This document shows, in pieces, positions 39,701 to 53,651 of a DNA stretch of 64,000 nt (the stretch's first letter is position 1; each line of letters starts with the position of its first letter). Where the stretch lies: assembly GCF_006345805.1 (NCBI RefSeq), contig NC_043004.1, positions 2,046,001-2,110,000 of the forward strand, written 5' to 3'. Source of the stretch: Octopus sinensis (taxonomy: Eukaryota). The notes under the pieces were generated by a model. It had not been told where the DNA came from. It did not search any database and saw only the letters and a program-made list of their open reading frames with translations. The position numbers and the translations under genes were made by a program.

Positions 39701-39944
39701 TATATACAAAATGTTCACTATCGCTGACTGTATTAGTGTAATGAGAATAACATCTCCATCGCACCATCAATTTTACTAACGATCGCAGCATCATTGCCCA
39801 ACGTACCTTCACTAAACATAAAGTAACGCTTATCAGACACTATCAGTTCCATCTGCTTACATCCACCACAAATATGCTAGTGTGGCCAACCAACTAAATT
39901 GTCATCTGTTTCCTTGTGAAATATTCATTTCATCGTTTGCAACA

Positions 39945-40191
39945 TTTCATCGTCGTCGTCGTCGTGATTATCGTTGTTATTGTTGTCGGTAGTGTAATAG
40001 TCTGTGATGGTGGAGGTGATGGTATAGGTGGCGGTGGCGGTGGCGGTGGCGGTGGCGGTGGCGATGGTGGCGGTGGTGATGCGATACTGCTGGTGATTGT
40101 AATGATGCTGGTGATCTTGACGATGATTGATGCCAGTATGGTTATTCCCAGCAATGTCGTTGGAAAAAAAAAATGTTGATGTTGTTTTTGA

Positions 40192-40222
<31 letters not shown>

Positions 40223-40345
40223 ATTTTCTTATTGCTTTTAATTGTTGTTGGCATTGTTTGTAGTTGTTGTTGTTGTTGCAGTTGTTATTGTTGTGACCGA
40301 AGCCGTTGTAGTTGTTGTTGTTGTGTTGTTGTTGTTGTTGTAGAC
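39945..40345. repeat. Mosaic (GTC)/(GGT)/(GGC)/(GTT) trinucleotide tract
   Basis: Direct reading. Confidence 0.9.
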
Positions 40346-42024
40346 GCTGCACACTTCTATTAAAGTTTAAACAAAAGATAAACCTGATTCACACTGATAA
40401 ACAGTTGTTAGGCAGTGAACACATTAAAAGCTGAATGAAAGACAACAACAAAAATTAAAGAAAATACACATAAAACTATAAAGAGAAAAGCAAAAAAATA
40501 AAATAAACATTCAAAAGAAACAAGAGAAAAAAATCAACAACACCAACAATAACAACAACACCAAATGCTGATGCAAAGATAGCACGAACGCTTTCTTTCT
40601 TTCTCATTCTCTCTCCTTCTCTCTTTCTCTCTCTCTCTTTCTTTCTCTCTCTCTCTCTCTTTCTCTCTCTCGCACACATATATGCGCACACTAAAAGTAA
40701 ACCAGGAAGGAATGGGGAGATCATGTATATTTTTTTTCTTCTCTTTGCCCTGACAAACAAACCCCACCAGCGCGCGATTCATGGCAGATCAATTTATAAC
40801 CCTGTTACAGCCACTTGTAAGATGGCCTCTCTTTGTAACGGCGTTATTTTCATTTGTGAGCCCTTCAATTGGCGAGTTAATTACTTTGGTTTATCGGTTA
40901 TCACACAGTCTTTTCATCTTTAGAGCGAGTGTAATAGGCGACTCTCTGATTTCAATGTACGCCAAAAGCATGATAGCTCTAAGCTATGACACTACAACTT
41001 TTCTCATTTCTATGACAGGGTTTTAATCATCTAGACTGTTGGATAAAGTGGGATGTAAACCAGATCACACGTGTTCTCTGCTTTGGGGCGACAGCACGCT
41101 GCACTTACAAGCTCATTCGACATCAAAGATTGTTGCTTTCTCTTACTGATTATATCTTATCCTATTTAATCATTGCAGTTAGTAAACAAAATTATCGACA
41201 GACATTCGGATCAACTTGGTTGGGTTTATATGTCAATCAAAGGATATTGCGACAAATCAAACGGTAGGATTAGAATAAGAGACAAATTTATCTCAACGCT
41301 AATGTTACTAGTAAGATGGCGAAATTATAAAACCTATTAATCGAAGAATCTGGAACTGCATATACATACATATATGCATGCTTGGCTTGCATGCATGCGT
41401 TCGTGTGTGTGTGTTTGTGTGTGTGTGTGTATGTGTGTGGGGGGGTGGACTGATGATATTCATTTCGTACATACTGCAGTAATTCAACGCTTAATTAAAC
41501 CATTTCATTTACAAGAATCGCTCTCTTCTCTATCTTCTTCCGAACGTGTGCATGAATGTGTGCATATATATATATATATCAATGCTGTATATGTCCATAT
41601 AAAGATGAAGGATAATAGCTCTATGATACACAGTCACTTCACTGCCACGTTATATTGTAACATTCCCTCTCGTTATTGCACTCTGCTGTTATGATATTCA
41701 TAATGTGCGCAACACATCATCAGGGAACATATTACACGATGATATAACTCTCTAGATGCCATGATGTTCTGAGTACACAATATGTTTATCCCTTCTCACA
41801 GAAGAACTAATAAATATCTTTACATTGATGGTTTTTCGTAGGATAAGGTACAGTCGATTGAAGTGACCCCGGTATAATATTGGCAATTATTTTCTAGATC
41901 CCCGCAGAAATGAAATTCAAAGCCGGCGAACTCAAACGGGTAAAAGTCATCGAGAGAAGTGGAGAAGTAATATATCGTGTAATCGAAATTACAAGTCATT
42001 TTATGATATCTTGTGGAATATTTC

Positions 42025-42226
42025 ATGTTGCTAAGTCAAATAGGACCAGGACTGGCATTTTTAACGGTTGTTGCTCTTTACATTCTGAGTTCAAATTCCG
42101 CTGTGGTCGATTTTGCTTTCCATTCAGTCGTGATCGATAAAATAAATATCTTCCGAGTATAGGAGTCGATGTAATCGATTAGCCCTCTCCCCATAAAATT
42201 TGAGGCCTTGTGCCTATAGTAGAAAA
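42025..42226 (+). mobile_element. Degenerate SINE family A'
   Basis: TTCTGAGTTCAAATTCCGC and GAGGCCTTGTGCCTATAGTAGAA. Confidence 0.65.
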
Positions 42227-42241
42227 AGCAGCAGCAGCAGC

Positions 42242-42284
<43 letters not shown>

Positions 42285-42529
42285 AGACGAACAAAGAAAC
42301 ACCGTTATTTACAAATCAAACAAACGGTTAATAGAAAAAAATTAAGCATTTCTGGTGCAATCCACTCCCACGTAAACAAATAAGTTCCGAATATAATCAA
42401 CATACAAAGGATAGATTTACGACATAATAGCAAACCCTGAAAGAGAGAACCTTCAAAATGTTGATGTTTTTTCGTCGAAAAATACCTCAAAGATGCAATC
42501 CGTTGCAACCATAAAAGGTGAAGTGTAGT

Positions 42530-44655
42530 AATCGTTTCACGGCATAGCCACGAAGGGAAATGCCAGTAACAGACGCGAACAATAGAGGAAGCAATGATTG
42601 GTTGCATGGGGGCAAATTGCCTGGATAGGATCGTCTGCCTTAAGAGCTTTACTTTTTATATACAAAACTTGTTTTAAGACCTCTTAGTTGATCTCTATTG
42701 TAACGGCCGCAGAATGAGAGAATTCCAAGTTTTATGCGTCGAGGTGTGGTGACACTTCTAAGAAAGGACGCAAACAAAGGGAGATAACATGGATAATTTT
42801 CTGACAATAAGTCGGTTAAATACAAATTTCAAACTTTTAACCAAGGGTTTAGGAGAGATTGGTGATTGTCGGTTTTGGTCTGATAGACGATGCATAAATA
42901 TGCGCAAATCCCAAACAAAGGTATTCACTATCAACCTTTATCTTTTACGATGCATCATAGATAGAGTGGAGAGAGAATCTGGCATGAGTAGGATCTGACT
43001 AATTCAGATTCAATTAAAAGCTTCCGATAGGGTCGATTGACATTACTTTGTGACTGTCCTCACAACAGTTGGTTTCTTTCCCGTCTTCTGCGGTTGGATT
43101 GCTGCAATGTACAGCTACAACTTGCTCAATAGTTCGGGTCAATGGTCACCTATTAAAATCATTCGCCAATATATATTCAGTCCCTGAGATGTCCATTCTC
43201 GACTCTTCTATATACTGATTTTCTAGAGCTAGTACTACAGAACTAGGGCATTGAAGGAGCGTTACTCGTGAAGTAGAACATGAGGTATCCCTGCCAGTAT
43301 ATGCAGATTGCCCTATCATCATATTGTCGGCCACGAGACACGTAGATGTGATCGGCATTGCTGCAAGGAAATAGGAGGCGGTGACAAAAGCAAAAATCAA
43401 AATAGAAAAGTAAGTAGACTTGCAGCTTGGTATTTGGAGAATCAGATCCATACTGACTGACGTCGTCAAGAGACGCTGGGTGGAGGGAATGATTAAAATT
43501 GCTTGAAATCCGTTTTTGGTCCTGACCTCCAAGAAGAGAAGAACTAGGATAAAGTGATGAGCGGAATAAGTCAGTCTCAGTTAGAAATTGACCGAGAGAA
43601 AGCTATCGCGGAAACGTCGAGCAGACTTGGCGAACGCTTGGATCACTTCTGTCATGTAATCTAGACTGACTTCCGTACCTTATCCTAATTCTTGTCTGGA
43701 TAAGTTGAAGTGACTGTCCTTCCACTTCTTGTGGAAAGGACGCGTCCCATTGCTCCAGAACTCCATTTGTTAACACCTGCTGAATGCAGTACTGGGCATA
43801 TTGTGGCTGATGATGCGTAAGCATGCACTGTGGCTGTGAAATCCCCGGCGTTTACTTGACGGTGAGCAGGTGTGGTCACCGTTTCTCAGACTCATTTTCC
43901 TGTAGCCCGTTAATATGACTTAGCTGCAGTCCTCGACCAATCCTATATTGAGACAAGGCGCCAGACACCTAATTGTATCAGGCGTTCACAACTTACAACT
44001 AGTTACGCAATGCCTTTGGCCGAAGTTCTAATTTTGGTGTTCAATAGAGTTTTAGTGGGGGGAAGGGGTGCAAGCGCAATGATGTTCTCGGGAAAACTGG
44101 GCGTGAAAGGCAATTCTTTAGAATATTGATGAGGACTCTTGAGAGAGCTCATGGATAATTTGCAGAAATCTCTGGTATTGCAGTGCTACGAAGAAGGGGA
44201 TTTGCCGGTGCGAGATAAATGATACAATCGAGCAGGCTAAGATGGCAGCAGATGCTGTCGACTTAGCCTACTCAATATGTTCTACATGCACTTGTCTATT
44301 CTCCGAGGATTCCTGACTTGCGTAGAATGAAGCCGAAACATGCTGTCGCGTGTAGGATGGATCCGGTTAATGGTTGAGTCCTTAGTGAAGATCATCCTGT
44401 AATCTTCCTTTGGTCAGAAAGGACAAGCTGTGTTTAGTTGTCTAGTAGCCTTAGCGAAAGAGGTTGTGTAATGTGGTTGGCCAAACTGAAAGGGTTGAAA
44501 ACAGACTCTGACCTCTTTGGTCCAAAACCTCAAATGTTTTACTTTACACCAGAAAATTTAAGAGTTGAGAATGAAATTCTGACATCCAGCAACTTTGTTA
44601 AAACGTGGTTCAGAGTGACAAAATTGTCTAAGAGGACTGACCTTAGCTCTAATAA
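42530..44655 (+). mobile_element. Tx1/L1-clade LINE, RT and C-terminal half of ORF2, heavily decayed
   Basis: Across frames: EEAMIGC, GVVTLLRKD, LRCIIDRV, KASDRVD, VNGHLLKSF, VYAD (43300-43308), EAVTKAKI, FGPDLQEEKN, FLWKGRVP, MDNLQKSL, LPVRDK, LVALAKEVV. Confidence 0.85.
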
Positions 44656-44689
44656 TGCACCTTCGTGCTTCACATTCAATAATTAATTG

Positions 44690-46340
44690 GTCGAGGACCA
44701 GTATCGACAGAATCGCATCGCTGTGGTGACTTTGCTACGCACTTGTTGAAAGTTTCTACGTTTCCCTACTTTTCTATCGCTACCACCTAACTAAACGTAA
44801 TTGATTCTACTCTATTCACCTGTTTCAGCGCAAACCACCATTTGTTGTAGATGAATGTCTACATGAACGCCAACTTAAAATATTTTTCTAATCCAGTTTC
44901 TGTAAGTGCAATGTGCAGCGAATAACGTGTAAATGCCTGCAAAACCTATTTTGGTCGACCGCACAAATTGTAAACGTGTCATCCATGCAGCCGAAAATTT
45001 TAATAATTTGACAATGTAGTATATTCTTTTCTACTGGCTTACAGTAAGTTGTATCTAGATGCGACTTAGATGACTCGGTGCGGTTTGTCCCTTGTCTACA
45101 CTGGAATATTCTAGAATTCCTGTCCGAAACTGATACACATTTGGAATGAACCAAGCAGGTTTCCGCGGCTTTTGGGCTCCCCTTTTTTTCAGCTAGCCCC
45201 TGCACAATCCACGTGAGCATCGATGATGGCGTCTAGTCGCCTAATTTCATTGAGGGAAATCTCCAGGTGCCGGAACGAATCCGGTTGTCCTACTCATGTT
45301 TCTGAGTGAACAGCTATAAGTCTGAATTCATCCACTTTGCTACAGTTCACAAGCAGGACCACCAACTTATTTTCTGATTCCGCCTCCTATTACCGGTCGA
45401 TGTTGTCAAAAATATTTCCATATGCACCGATAATGAGCATCAAGGTTTGTGGATCGGAGACTCTGGTCTCGCTAACAGCCAACGTATCACACGCATTCAG
45501 ACTGTCTGTTCTGATTACAGCCATGTTTTACAAGAGGGGGTGAGAAAAACAATCACTTTATTCCTATGGAGAAACAGATATTTTGTCCTTTATGCAGTTC
45601 TTTAGATAATCTTTTGCTTATGTTTGCTCGAAAGCCTCCCACTCCTTGGGGGTACTTTTTAAAGTGTTGCATAATTGTTTTGGAGATTTGGGTAACTTTT
45701 CTATGTGGTGGAATGCCATTAGTTAATGTGAAATAGTTATTCTAGTATTATGGTGTTTGTGGTCCATTAGTTTTGTATTGTTTGCTTTTATAACTGTCCA
45801 GCTGTAGATTTATTCTTGTCCATGTAGGGGTTTCTGCACTGACACATGGAGTTCATTTCAATATGATTGTATTTATGATGATGTCGTGAAAGCGGTTTTG
45901 GTGATGACTGGGATGAGGGCATTGATAGTGCTAGCGTAGTTGCTGCTGGGGGGAGGGTGTTGGCGCCATTTTACTGGAAGGCACCTCCCACATTTCTTTG
46001 TCTCCTCCCCTTTCTTCATTGGAGTATTTTCGTTTCTTTTTCTCTTTCTTTTTGCAGTTTTTCTGTTTGCCGTTTATTGTTCTTAACGTTACCATCTCTA
46101 CATCACATGTCTCTAGGCTTTGAGTCTGGAAGGGGCGTATCTTAGGGAGGTTCGTTGTATTGTTTTCTTTTTTTATTTGTTGTTGATCGGGGATTTTCTG
46201 TTGCTGCAATAGTTGCTACCGTTTCTGGTGTTGTGGCCCTGGATGGTTGTGTATTTTTGTTGTTTTAGTTGCTGTTGCTTTTCCTGCTGTTGTTGTTATT
46301 GATATTGCTGCAGTTACTGTTACTGCTCCTTTCAGGGTTG
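44690..46340 (-). mobile_element. Tx1/L1-clade LINE, APE endonuclease and linker plus probable ORF1 end
   Basis: DTLAVSETR (about 45462-45488), FRLIAVH, DSFRHLE, DAHVDCAG, SKSHLDT, MDDTF (decayed TDH motif), YRNWIRK, NKWWFALK. Upstream Q/K-rich ORF 45931-46209 is only tentatively ORF1. Confidence 0.7.
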
Positions 46341-46389
46341 ATAATTTTCCTCTTTTTTTTTTTCGTGGATGTTGTTGTGGCCCTTACTA

Positions 46390-47119
46390 TATATTCTTTT
46401 CTACTCTAGGCACAAGGCCTGAAATTTTGGGGGATGTGGGATGTCGACCCCAGTACGCAACTGGTAATTAATTTATCGACCCCGAAATGATGAATGGCAA
46501 AGTCGGCCTCGGTGGAATTCGAACTCAGAACGTAAAGACGGACGAAATACCTATTTCTTAACTACCCACAAGGGGCTAAACACAGAGGGGACAAACAAGG
46601 GCAGACAAATGGATTAAGTCGATTATATCGACCCCAGTGCGTAACTGGTACTTAATTTATCGACCCCGCAAGGATGAAAGGCAAAGTCGACCTCGGCGGA
46701 ATTTGAACTCAGAACGTAACAGCAGACGAAATACCGCTAAGCATTTCGCCTGGCGTGCTAACGTTTCTTCCAGTTCGCCGCTTTATGTACGTTTATGATA
46801 ATCTTTTCTGCTGGAAGCACAAGGCCTCAAATTTGGGTCAAAGGCCTAAGTCGATTACACCGACTCCTCAGCTAACGTTTCTTATTTCTTCATTGCCCAC
46901 TGGGGGGGGGGGCTAAACAGAGGGAACAAACAAGGACAGACAAACGGATTAATTCGATTACATCGACCCCAGTGCGTAACTGGTACTTAATTTATCGACC
47001 CCGAAAGGATGAAAGGCAAAGTCGACCTCAGCGGAATTTGAACTCAGAACGTAACAGCAGACGAAATACCGCTAAGCATATCGCCCGGCGTGCTAACGAT
47101 TCTGCCAGCTCGCCACCTT
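46390..47119 (-). mobile_element. Cluster of SINE A/A' units (A, A' tail piece, A-A' dimer)
   Basis: A 46880-47119; A' tail about 46795-46870; A 46551-46783 fused to truncated A' 46390-46550. Confidence 0.92.
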
Positions 47120-47347
47120 GCCTTTACCATATATTACACGCGTTTATTCATTTGAAACTGTATAAATTCCATGAGCTTGCTAACGTATATTGATAATAAA
47201 TTCTTTATCCGTTATTCTCAATCTTGTTTACAGATTTCCTTTCCTACTCATTATACTTCAATACGCAGTTGTAATTTTTATTCCAGATATCTTCTCAGAA
47301 CGATTCAGTTCTCTTGTTGCATTTTCTTGTCTTTTGTTGTTCATATT

Positions 47348-47578
47348 ACTCTTTCACTCTTTTACTTGTTTCAGTCATTTGACTGCGGTCATGCTGGAGC
47401 ACCGCCTTTAGTCTAGCAAATCGACCCCCAGGACTTATTCTTTGTAAGCCTATCATTTATTCTATCGTCCTCTTTTGCTGAATCGCTAAGTTACGGGGAC
47501 GTAAACACACCAGCATAGGTTGTCAAGCGATGTTGGGGGAGCTACAAACACAGACACACAAAGATACACACACACACG

Positions 47579-47615
<37 letters not shown>

Positions 47616-47734
47616 CATATATAACAGGCTTCTTTCAGTTTCCGTCTACCAAATCCACTCACAAGGCTTTGGTCGGCCCGAGGCTATAGTAGAAGGCACT
47701 TGCCTAAGGTGCCACGCAGTGGGACTGAACCCGG
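47348..47734 (-). mobile_element. SINE family B, head truncated
   Basis: Aligns to 22514-22930. Confidence 0.9.
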
Positions 47735-48588
47735 AGAATAGAAATTTCAAAATAGTTTGTGCGCATGGAAGAAACCTTTGCATTTATCATTTCCAAGTAT
47801 TTCTTCTTCATATTTTGCTTTTGATGTTTGTTTTATTCCTTTATTGTAATCCTAACCATTTTCTCGTCTTCGTTGTTTAACGATAAGTATTTTCTCCTTT
47901 TAACGATTTTTTTTATTCTGTATTTTCTTTCTTCTGTTGGTTCGGTGCAGGGACCAACTTAATTAAGGTTACACTGGTTTCTTTCGATACCGCAACGGCT
48001 TGTGAGTAAATTAGTTTATTTCAGCATATTGATGTTTGAGCTTTGCTTCTGCGAAAAGAATTCATTGGAAAGCCTGCTTCCACTTGACAATTGTTCCCGG
48101 AGGACTTTTGCTAATTCATAGCTTGAGGAGTTGTTTCCCTTGATTCGTTTCCATTGATTTTGTCAACGCCGTTTCATCAAAATTCTGAAATATTTTCCTT
48201 AGATTCTTATAATTCTTCCCTATTTATTCTACTGCGATGTTTGTTACGATACTGTTATGTTTGTATATGTCGCGTGTGTAATTTTTTTTTTGTTACTTAA
48301 GCATAAGAATGGTTGTTTTTAAGGATTTTATAAGGTATCTATCACTCTTTGGGATTTTTATTATATTCCTTTTATATTTAAATTTGTTTTTGTCATGTGA
48401 AAATCTCTTTTCATAAGTCAATGGGTCCTTTACGTTACTTATATTTTGTGAGCTAACCCTATGTGTGTATGCTCATATCCCTGAAATATTCATTTACAAA
48501 TGGACTCAAATGGCTTTTTTTTCTTTATGTCGTTACCCCTGTCTCATTATCTTTAATGGTTTATGCTAGTTATTGTACTTTTGTATAC

Positions 48589-48960
48589 TTTTTACCTCCA
48601 CCTGAGCGAAGACGGAGGTATTGTTTTCAGTCGCGTTTGTTTGTTTGTCCGTGGACAAGATATCTCAAGAACCCCTGGATGGAATTTGATGAAACTTTCA
48701 AGGATGTTTGGGCTCGTGACTGATACAAATTGGTTAGATCTTGGGATTGATTGGGTACCGGACAAGGATTCTGAATTATTTTTTCTGTTTGTTTTTACTT
48801 AATTTTTGAGAGCGGTGGGGTTCATTGTTTTGTATTCTCGTTTGTGAAAGCAGTCAAGTTTATTTCAGATATTCTCATTTTAAAGATCATCTCCGGCTAA
48901 ACGTTGAGAGGACGTTGGTGTTGCCTTGGCGGAGGTTTGCGCTCTTTGAGTGCTCTTGCT
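48589..48960 (+). mobile_element. Helentron-associated (HINE/DINE-like) non-autonomous element
   Basis: 5' TTTACCTCCACC..GACGGAGG hairpin, GTTTGTTTGTTTGTC tract, 3' CCTTGGCGGAGG subterminal inverted repeat, then hairpin GCGCTC-TTT-GAGTGC. Confidence 0.65.
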
Positions 48961-48989
48961 CAAAATTTCTTCAGAAGGAACTTTTCTAT

Positions 48990-50844
48990 TCCTCACTCCA
49001 TGAGTGCCTAAACATAATCTGGGAGATACTTACTGGAATATGTGCGGCAGAAACACATACTTTCCTGACACAGGAAGAAATACTAGCAAGGGAACAAAAA
49101 AGATGTAGGAATAGTTCTCAGGGTACCAATGATCACCTGGTCATTGATAAAACTGTTTTGGGGCATTGTAAAAAACATCGTACAAACATGTCTATGGCTT
49201 GGACTGAGTTTAAGAAGGTATATGATATGATGACTCGTTCTTGGATCGTTGAATTCCTGTAGATGTTTGGTGTTGCTAACAATATCACAAATTTTCTGAT
49301 GCATATCATGAAAGTGGGAAACCAAATTGTACTCAAGTAATATATTCCTTGGCGAAGTTAACATTAAAAGGAACATCTTCAAAGGTGACTCGTTTTCTCC
49401 TTTACTATTTGTAATTGCACTAATACCCATAAAAATGATACACAGGAAAGTTGAGTTACCGACGTGGGAAGAAAGGTCCATCATTGAACCATCTTCTGTT
49501 TATGGATGACTTGAAATTGTTTGAGAAATCTAAAAAAACAGATAGATTCCTTAACTAAATCAGTTGAGAAGTGTGGTAGGGACATAGGTATGGACTCTGA
49601 GATCACCAAATGCTCAGTACTTAATAGGAAAAGAAGGAAGAAAGCAGCCTGCAGAGGATTGCGGTCACCATCAAGAAAGACTATGGGTGAACTCGACAGT
49701 AGTAGGTATAGATATTTAGGGATTTGGGAGCTGGATGACATTCTACACAGAGAAATGAAAGACAAGGTGAGTAAGGGGTATCAAAAAAGGGTGAAGAAGG
49801 TGTTGATATCCATCGTGAATATCCAAAATTTGGTTACCGTAATGAATATCTGAGCAATTGCAGTGGTCAGATATAGTGCGTCCATTCTGAAATGGACTAG
49901 GGAGGAAATATCACCACTGGAGAGAAGGACAAGAAAGTTGATGACGCTGCATGGGGCGCTACACCCTAAAGCAAAGTAAATGGTCTGTATGTGGAAAGAA
50001 AGAGGACTAATTAGTGTAGACCATTGTATAAGGAGTGAAAGGAGAACGCTTGCTGAGTATTTGATAAATAGTGCTGAAGACCTGTTGCAATATTCCGCGA
50101 AAGATATGGGTGTAAAAGCGAATGAAATGATGGGCAAGGAAGAGTTTAACCAAAGAGCTGAGGATAAGAGAAAAGAAGACCTTCTTGAAATGAGAATGGA
50201 AGGACAGTTTGAAAGGAATACACAAGACGTTAAGGATAATACAGTATCGTGGGCAGAGCTTGAGCGAGGTGATTTGAAGCTTACCACCGAAAGCCTAGTC
50301 GTTGCTGCACAAGACCTAGCTCTCGCAGTGAAGTATAACATCTATAAAACTTCTGACACCTCAAAAAGCAGACTCTGTGGAAAGAATGTGGAAAATGTCA
50401 TCCACTTTGACTATGGTTTTCAAACGGATCGTGTAATCGAACATCGTCGGTCGGATATTGTCATACTGAATAAGAGAAATAAATACTGTCAGATCATTGA
50501 TGTAGCCATACCAGGTGACATGAATGTTGTGAGTAAAGAGGTTGAAAAATATCACCAAGTCCTCCGAACTGAAAGTGGAAATGGCAAGACTGTATAGAAT
50601 GCGAGAAGGTAATGTAAAAGTGATGTCAGTGGTGACTGGAGCTTTGGGCTCAATCCCAGTGAAACTTCAAGACTTCTTAAGGTAACTGGAAATCCCATAC
50701 AAGATTGATGTCTTACAAAAAGCAGCCTTATTGGGTACAGCACTCATCTTAAGGAAAGTATCATATGTCTGACGTCCTTGTTGTGACTTGACAGATGACT
50801 AAAGACTCCTGTGCATTTTTACCTACACTGTGTTACGAAGGAAC
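48990..50844 (+). mobile_element. Dead R4/Dong-type LINE (second family), RT to 3' end
   Basis: CLNIIWEILTGI, EQKRC..GTNDHLVIDK, AWTEFKKVYD, IFKGDSFSPLLFV, HLLFMDDLKLF, YRYLGI, SRLCG, QTDRVIEHRRSDIV..IIDVAIPGD..KEVEK, GALG, LQKAALLGTALILRKV; many stops and frameshifts; followed by (AAT)n. Confidence 0.92.
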
Positions 50845-50939
<95 letters not shown>

Positions 50940-50962
50940 GAAGAAGAAGAAGAAGAAGAAGA
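50845..50962. repeat. (AAT)n then (AAG)n
   Basis: Direct reading. Confidence 0.98.
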
Positions 50963-52550
50963 ATTAAACTCACGGTTGAATTCTTCTTGAAACATTTCAG
51001 AGGATTTTCGATTCATGATATTACATGACAAAGATGACGTATGTGGGAGCAGCGATTGTTCTCATGGTCATTCCTGACTTTTGTCGATCAATTGTTTATA
51101 TACACATACATATACATATATGCATACATGTATGTATATACGAACGTATGTACTTATGCATTTATGAGAGTATATAGATTGATATCTATGTGTGTGTGTC
51201 TGTGTGTGTAAGGCTATACGTGTCAGTTTGTACTTATAAAATTTAAGGGGTAGGGTGTGGTTTGAGGAAAATTTATATCCAAACTATCTAACAAACTGAG
51301 CACTCATGCCGAGGCGATCTTTCATTGGCCCGAATTAAATCTTCTTGTTAATTTGTACTTTCAGATAATTCATGATTAAACAAATCTTCTATAATGCTAA
51401 GTGTACTATTTATGTAGCACTCCCTTCGAATGTATATCATGAGAAGCGACTGGAATGTGATTTGATAGAGACTTTGACTGCTATACCCAGCAGAATGAGC
51501 GAACATGCGTCAAATTCTTGCTGAAAAAAATTGTGTATCTTTCATCAATTCTTTTCCTCCCTTCGTTCATCTCTGTCTATTACACACTTTCCATTTCATA
51601 CATTCAGAGAAGGTGGCAGAACTAACAGGATAGATAGCTCGTTATTCATCGAAGTGTTTGCTTTTAGAAGTGGTGTAAATGTTGATTTACTGAGCTGTTT
51701 AGGTGATAGAATAAACGAAGTACCACCAATTCCTGTCGTCGATTTATTCTAGGGAACTTACCCCTCCCCCACCATGTATGATCACGTGGCTGTGTTAGAA
51801 ACCATTATGATCGATACTACTTTTGGTTTGTTAATATTGTTTAAAGGAAATATTCTACATGCTGAGGCAATATTAAATCCATGTTAGCTCCACCGATTCG
51901 TTGGTGACAGACTTCTCTTAATGTATTTTTCCCAGAAACCCAAAACATTCATAGAGTATTCTAGCTCTTCCTTCACAACTGTAAACTATTCCACTGATTT
52001 GAAAAGTATCAAGAGAATAATGAGAAAAATCAATAACTTCATGCCATTGCATAAACAGTCAGCGATTTCTTAAAGTGCTGTAAACTACACTGAAACATAA
52101 TATTCTAAGAATTATGTTATTTTAAGTCGCACTGCAAATATTGAGTTATTTACGAAGACAATAAGCGAAGTATATATTAGTAATTTATGTTGTGTTATTC
52201 TTTAACTCTGGTTGAATATACCTATCGTGAAAGGTGTTCTAGACAAAAGGGGACGACTTGAAGTAGATGTAGCTGCTATTTCCAGCAAGAAGGCTGATCG
52301 ATCATACTTTCCAACTAGAGAAAACGGTAATTACACACGCATATACAGTTCCCAATAACTTGAACGGCATGAAAGAAAGAGATATACACTAAAACAAGAA
52401 TCGAAACTGTTTTGTGAGGCTTAATTATGCTGACGAAATAAGTTTCCTCAACATTACTCAGATTGTGATTGAATATTATTTTAGGGAGTATTCAAATGAC
52501 TTAGCCTCCTACATCCTTAAATAATAATACAAAATAATTTGGTCGTTAGA

Positions 52551-53160
52551 AAGGCGTCGAGCTGGCAGAAGCGTTAGCACGCCAGGCGAAATGCGTTGCC
52601 GCATTTCGTCTGCCGCTACGTTCTGAGTTCAAATTCCGCCGAGGTCGACTTTGCCTTTCATCCATTCGGAATCGACTAAATAAGTACCAGTTACGCACTG
52701 GGGTCGATATAATCGACTTAATCCGTTTGTCTCTCCTTGTTTGTCTCCTCTATGTTTAACCCCTTGTGGGCAATAAAGAAGTGAGAATCATTAGCACGCC
52801 GGGCGAAATGCTTTGTGGTATTTCGTCTGCCGTTACATTCTGAGTTCAAATTCCGCCGAGGTCGACTTTGCCTTTCATCCTTTCGGGGTCGATAAATTAA
52901 GTACCAGTTACGCATTGGGGTCGATATAATCGACTTAATCCATGTGTCTGTCCTTGTTTGCCCTCTCTGTGTTTAGCCCCTTATGGGTAATAAAGAAATA
53001 GGTATTTCGTCTGCCGCTACGTTCAGAGTTCAAATTCCGCCGAGGTTGAGTTTGCATTTCATCCTCTCAAGATCGTTTAAATAAGTACCAGTTGAGTAAT
53101 CGACTTAATCCTTTCCCCAAAAATTTGAGGCCTTGTGCTTTCCAGTAGAAAGAATTATTT
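52551..53160 (+). mobile_element. Cluster of SINE A, A and fused truncated A'
   Basis: A 52551-52781; A 52788-53002 joined via AATAGG/TATTTCGTC to A' 53003-53160. Confidence 0.92.
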
Positions 53161-53449
53161 TTAGCATGATTATATTTAATTAAGATTGTTTTTCCCATTT
53201 GCGTGCCCCAAAGAAAGAGCTTACAAAGCTTTGATAGAACCAATCAGGGACCTTATAATTACCGTTGGACGTACTCAAAGCGGAAGTCGAATTTTTTACA
53301 TTCATGTCTCATTGTTTGTATATGCATACATACATATAAACATACATATGTGCGTATATGTTTTTGTGTGTTGTGGGAAAATATTAACAAAAGGTTGAAG
53401 ATGCGCTAAATTCTCGAACATATATACATACACATATAGATATATAAAT

Positions 53450-53613
53450 AGTCGCAGATGTGGTTGTATAGCTAGAAGCTTGCTTCCCAGACATATTGTT
53501 CTAGGTTCAGTCCCATTGCACAGCGTCTTGGTCAAGTAATTCTGCTATTGCTCTGGACCGACCAAAGCCTTGCAAGTGAATCTGGTAGACAGAAATTGAA
53601 AGGAGCTTATCGT

Positions 53614-53651
<38 letters not shown>

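Noticed and set aside
39916-40363. Poly-G/P/T/V ORFs resembling mucin or extensin
   Set aside because: Trinucleotide mosaic open in several frames on both strands, with no splice context
44888-45220. GCMDDTF as an RT catalytic YxDD (first read as a Penelope RT)
   Set aside because: Context (SHLDT upstream, NKWW downstream, contiguous with SETR) fits the TDH/SDH motif of the Tx1 APE endonuclease
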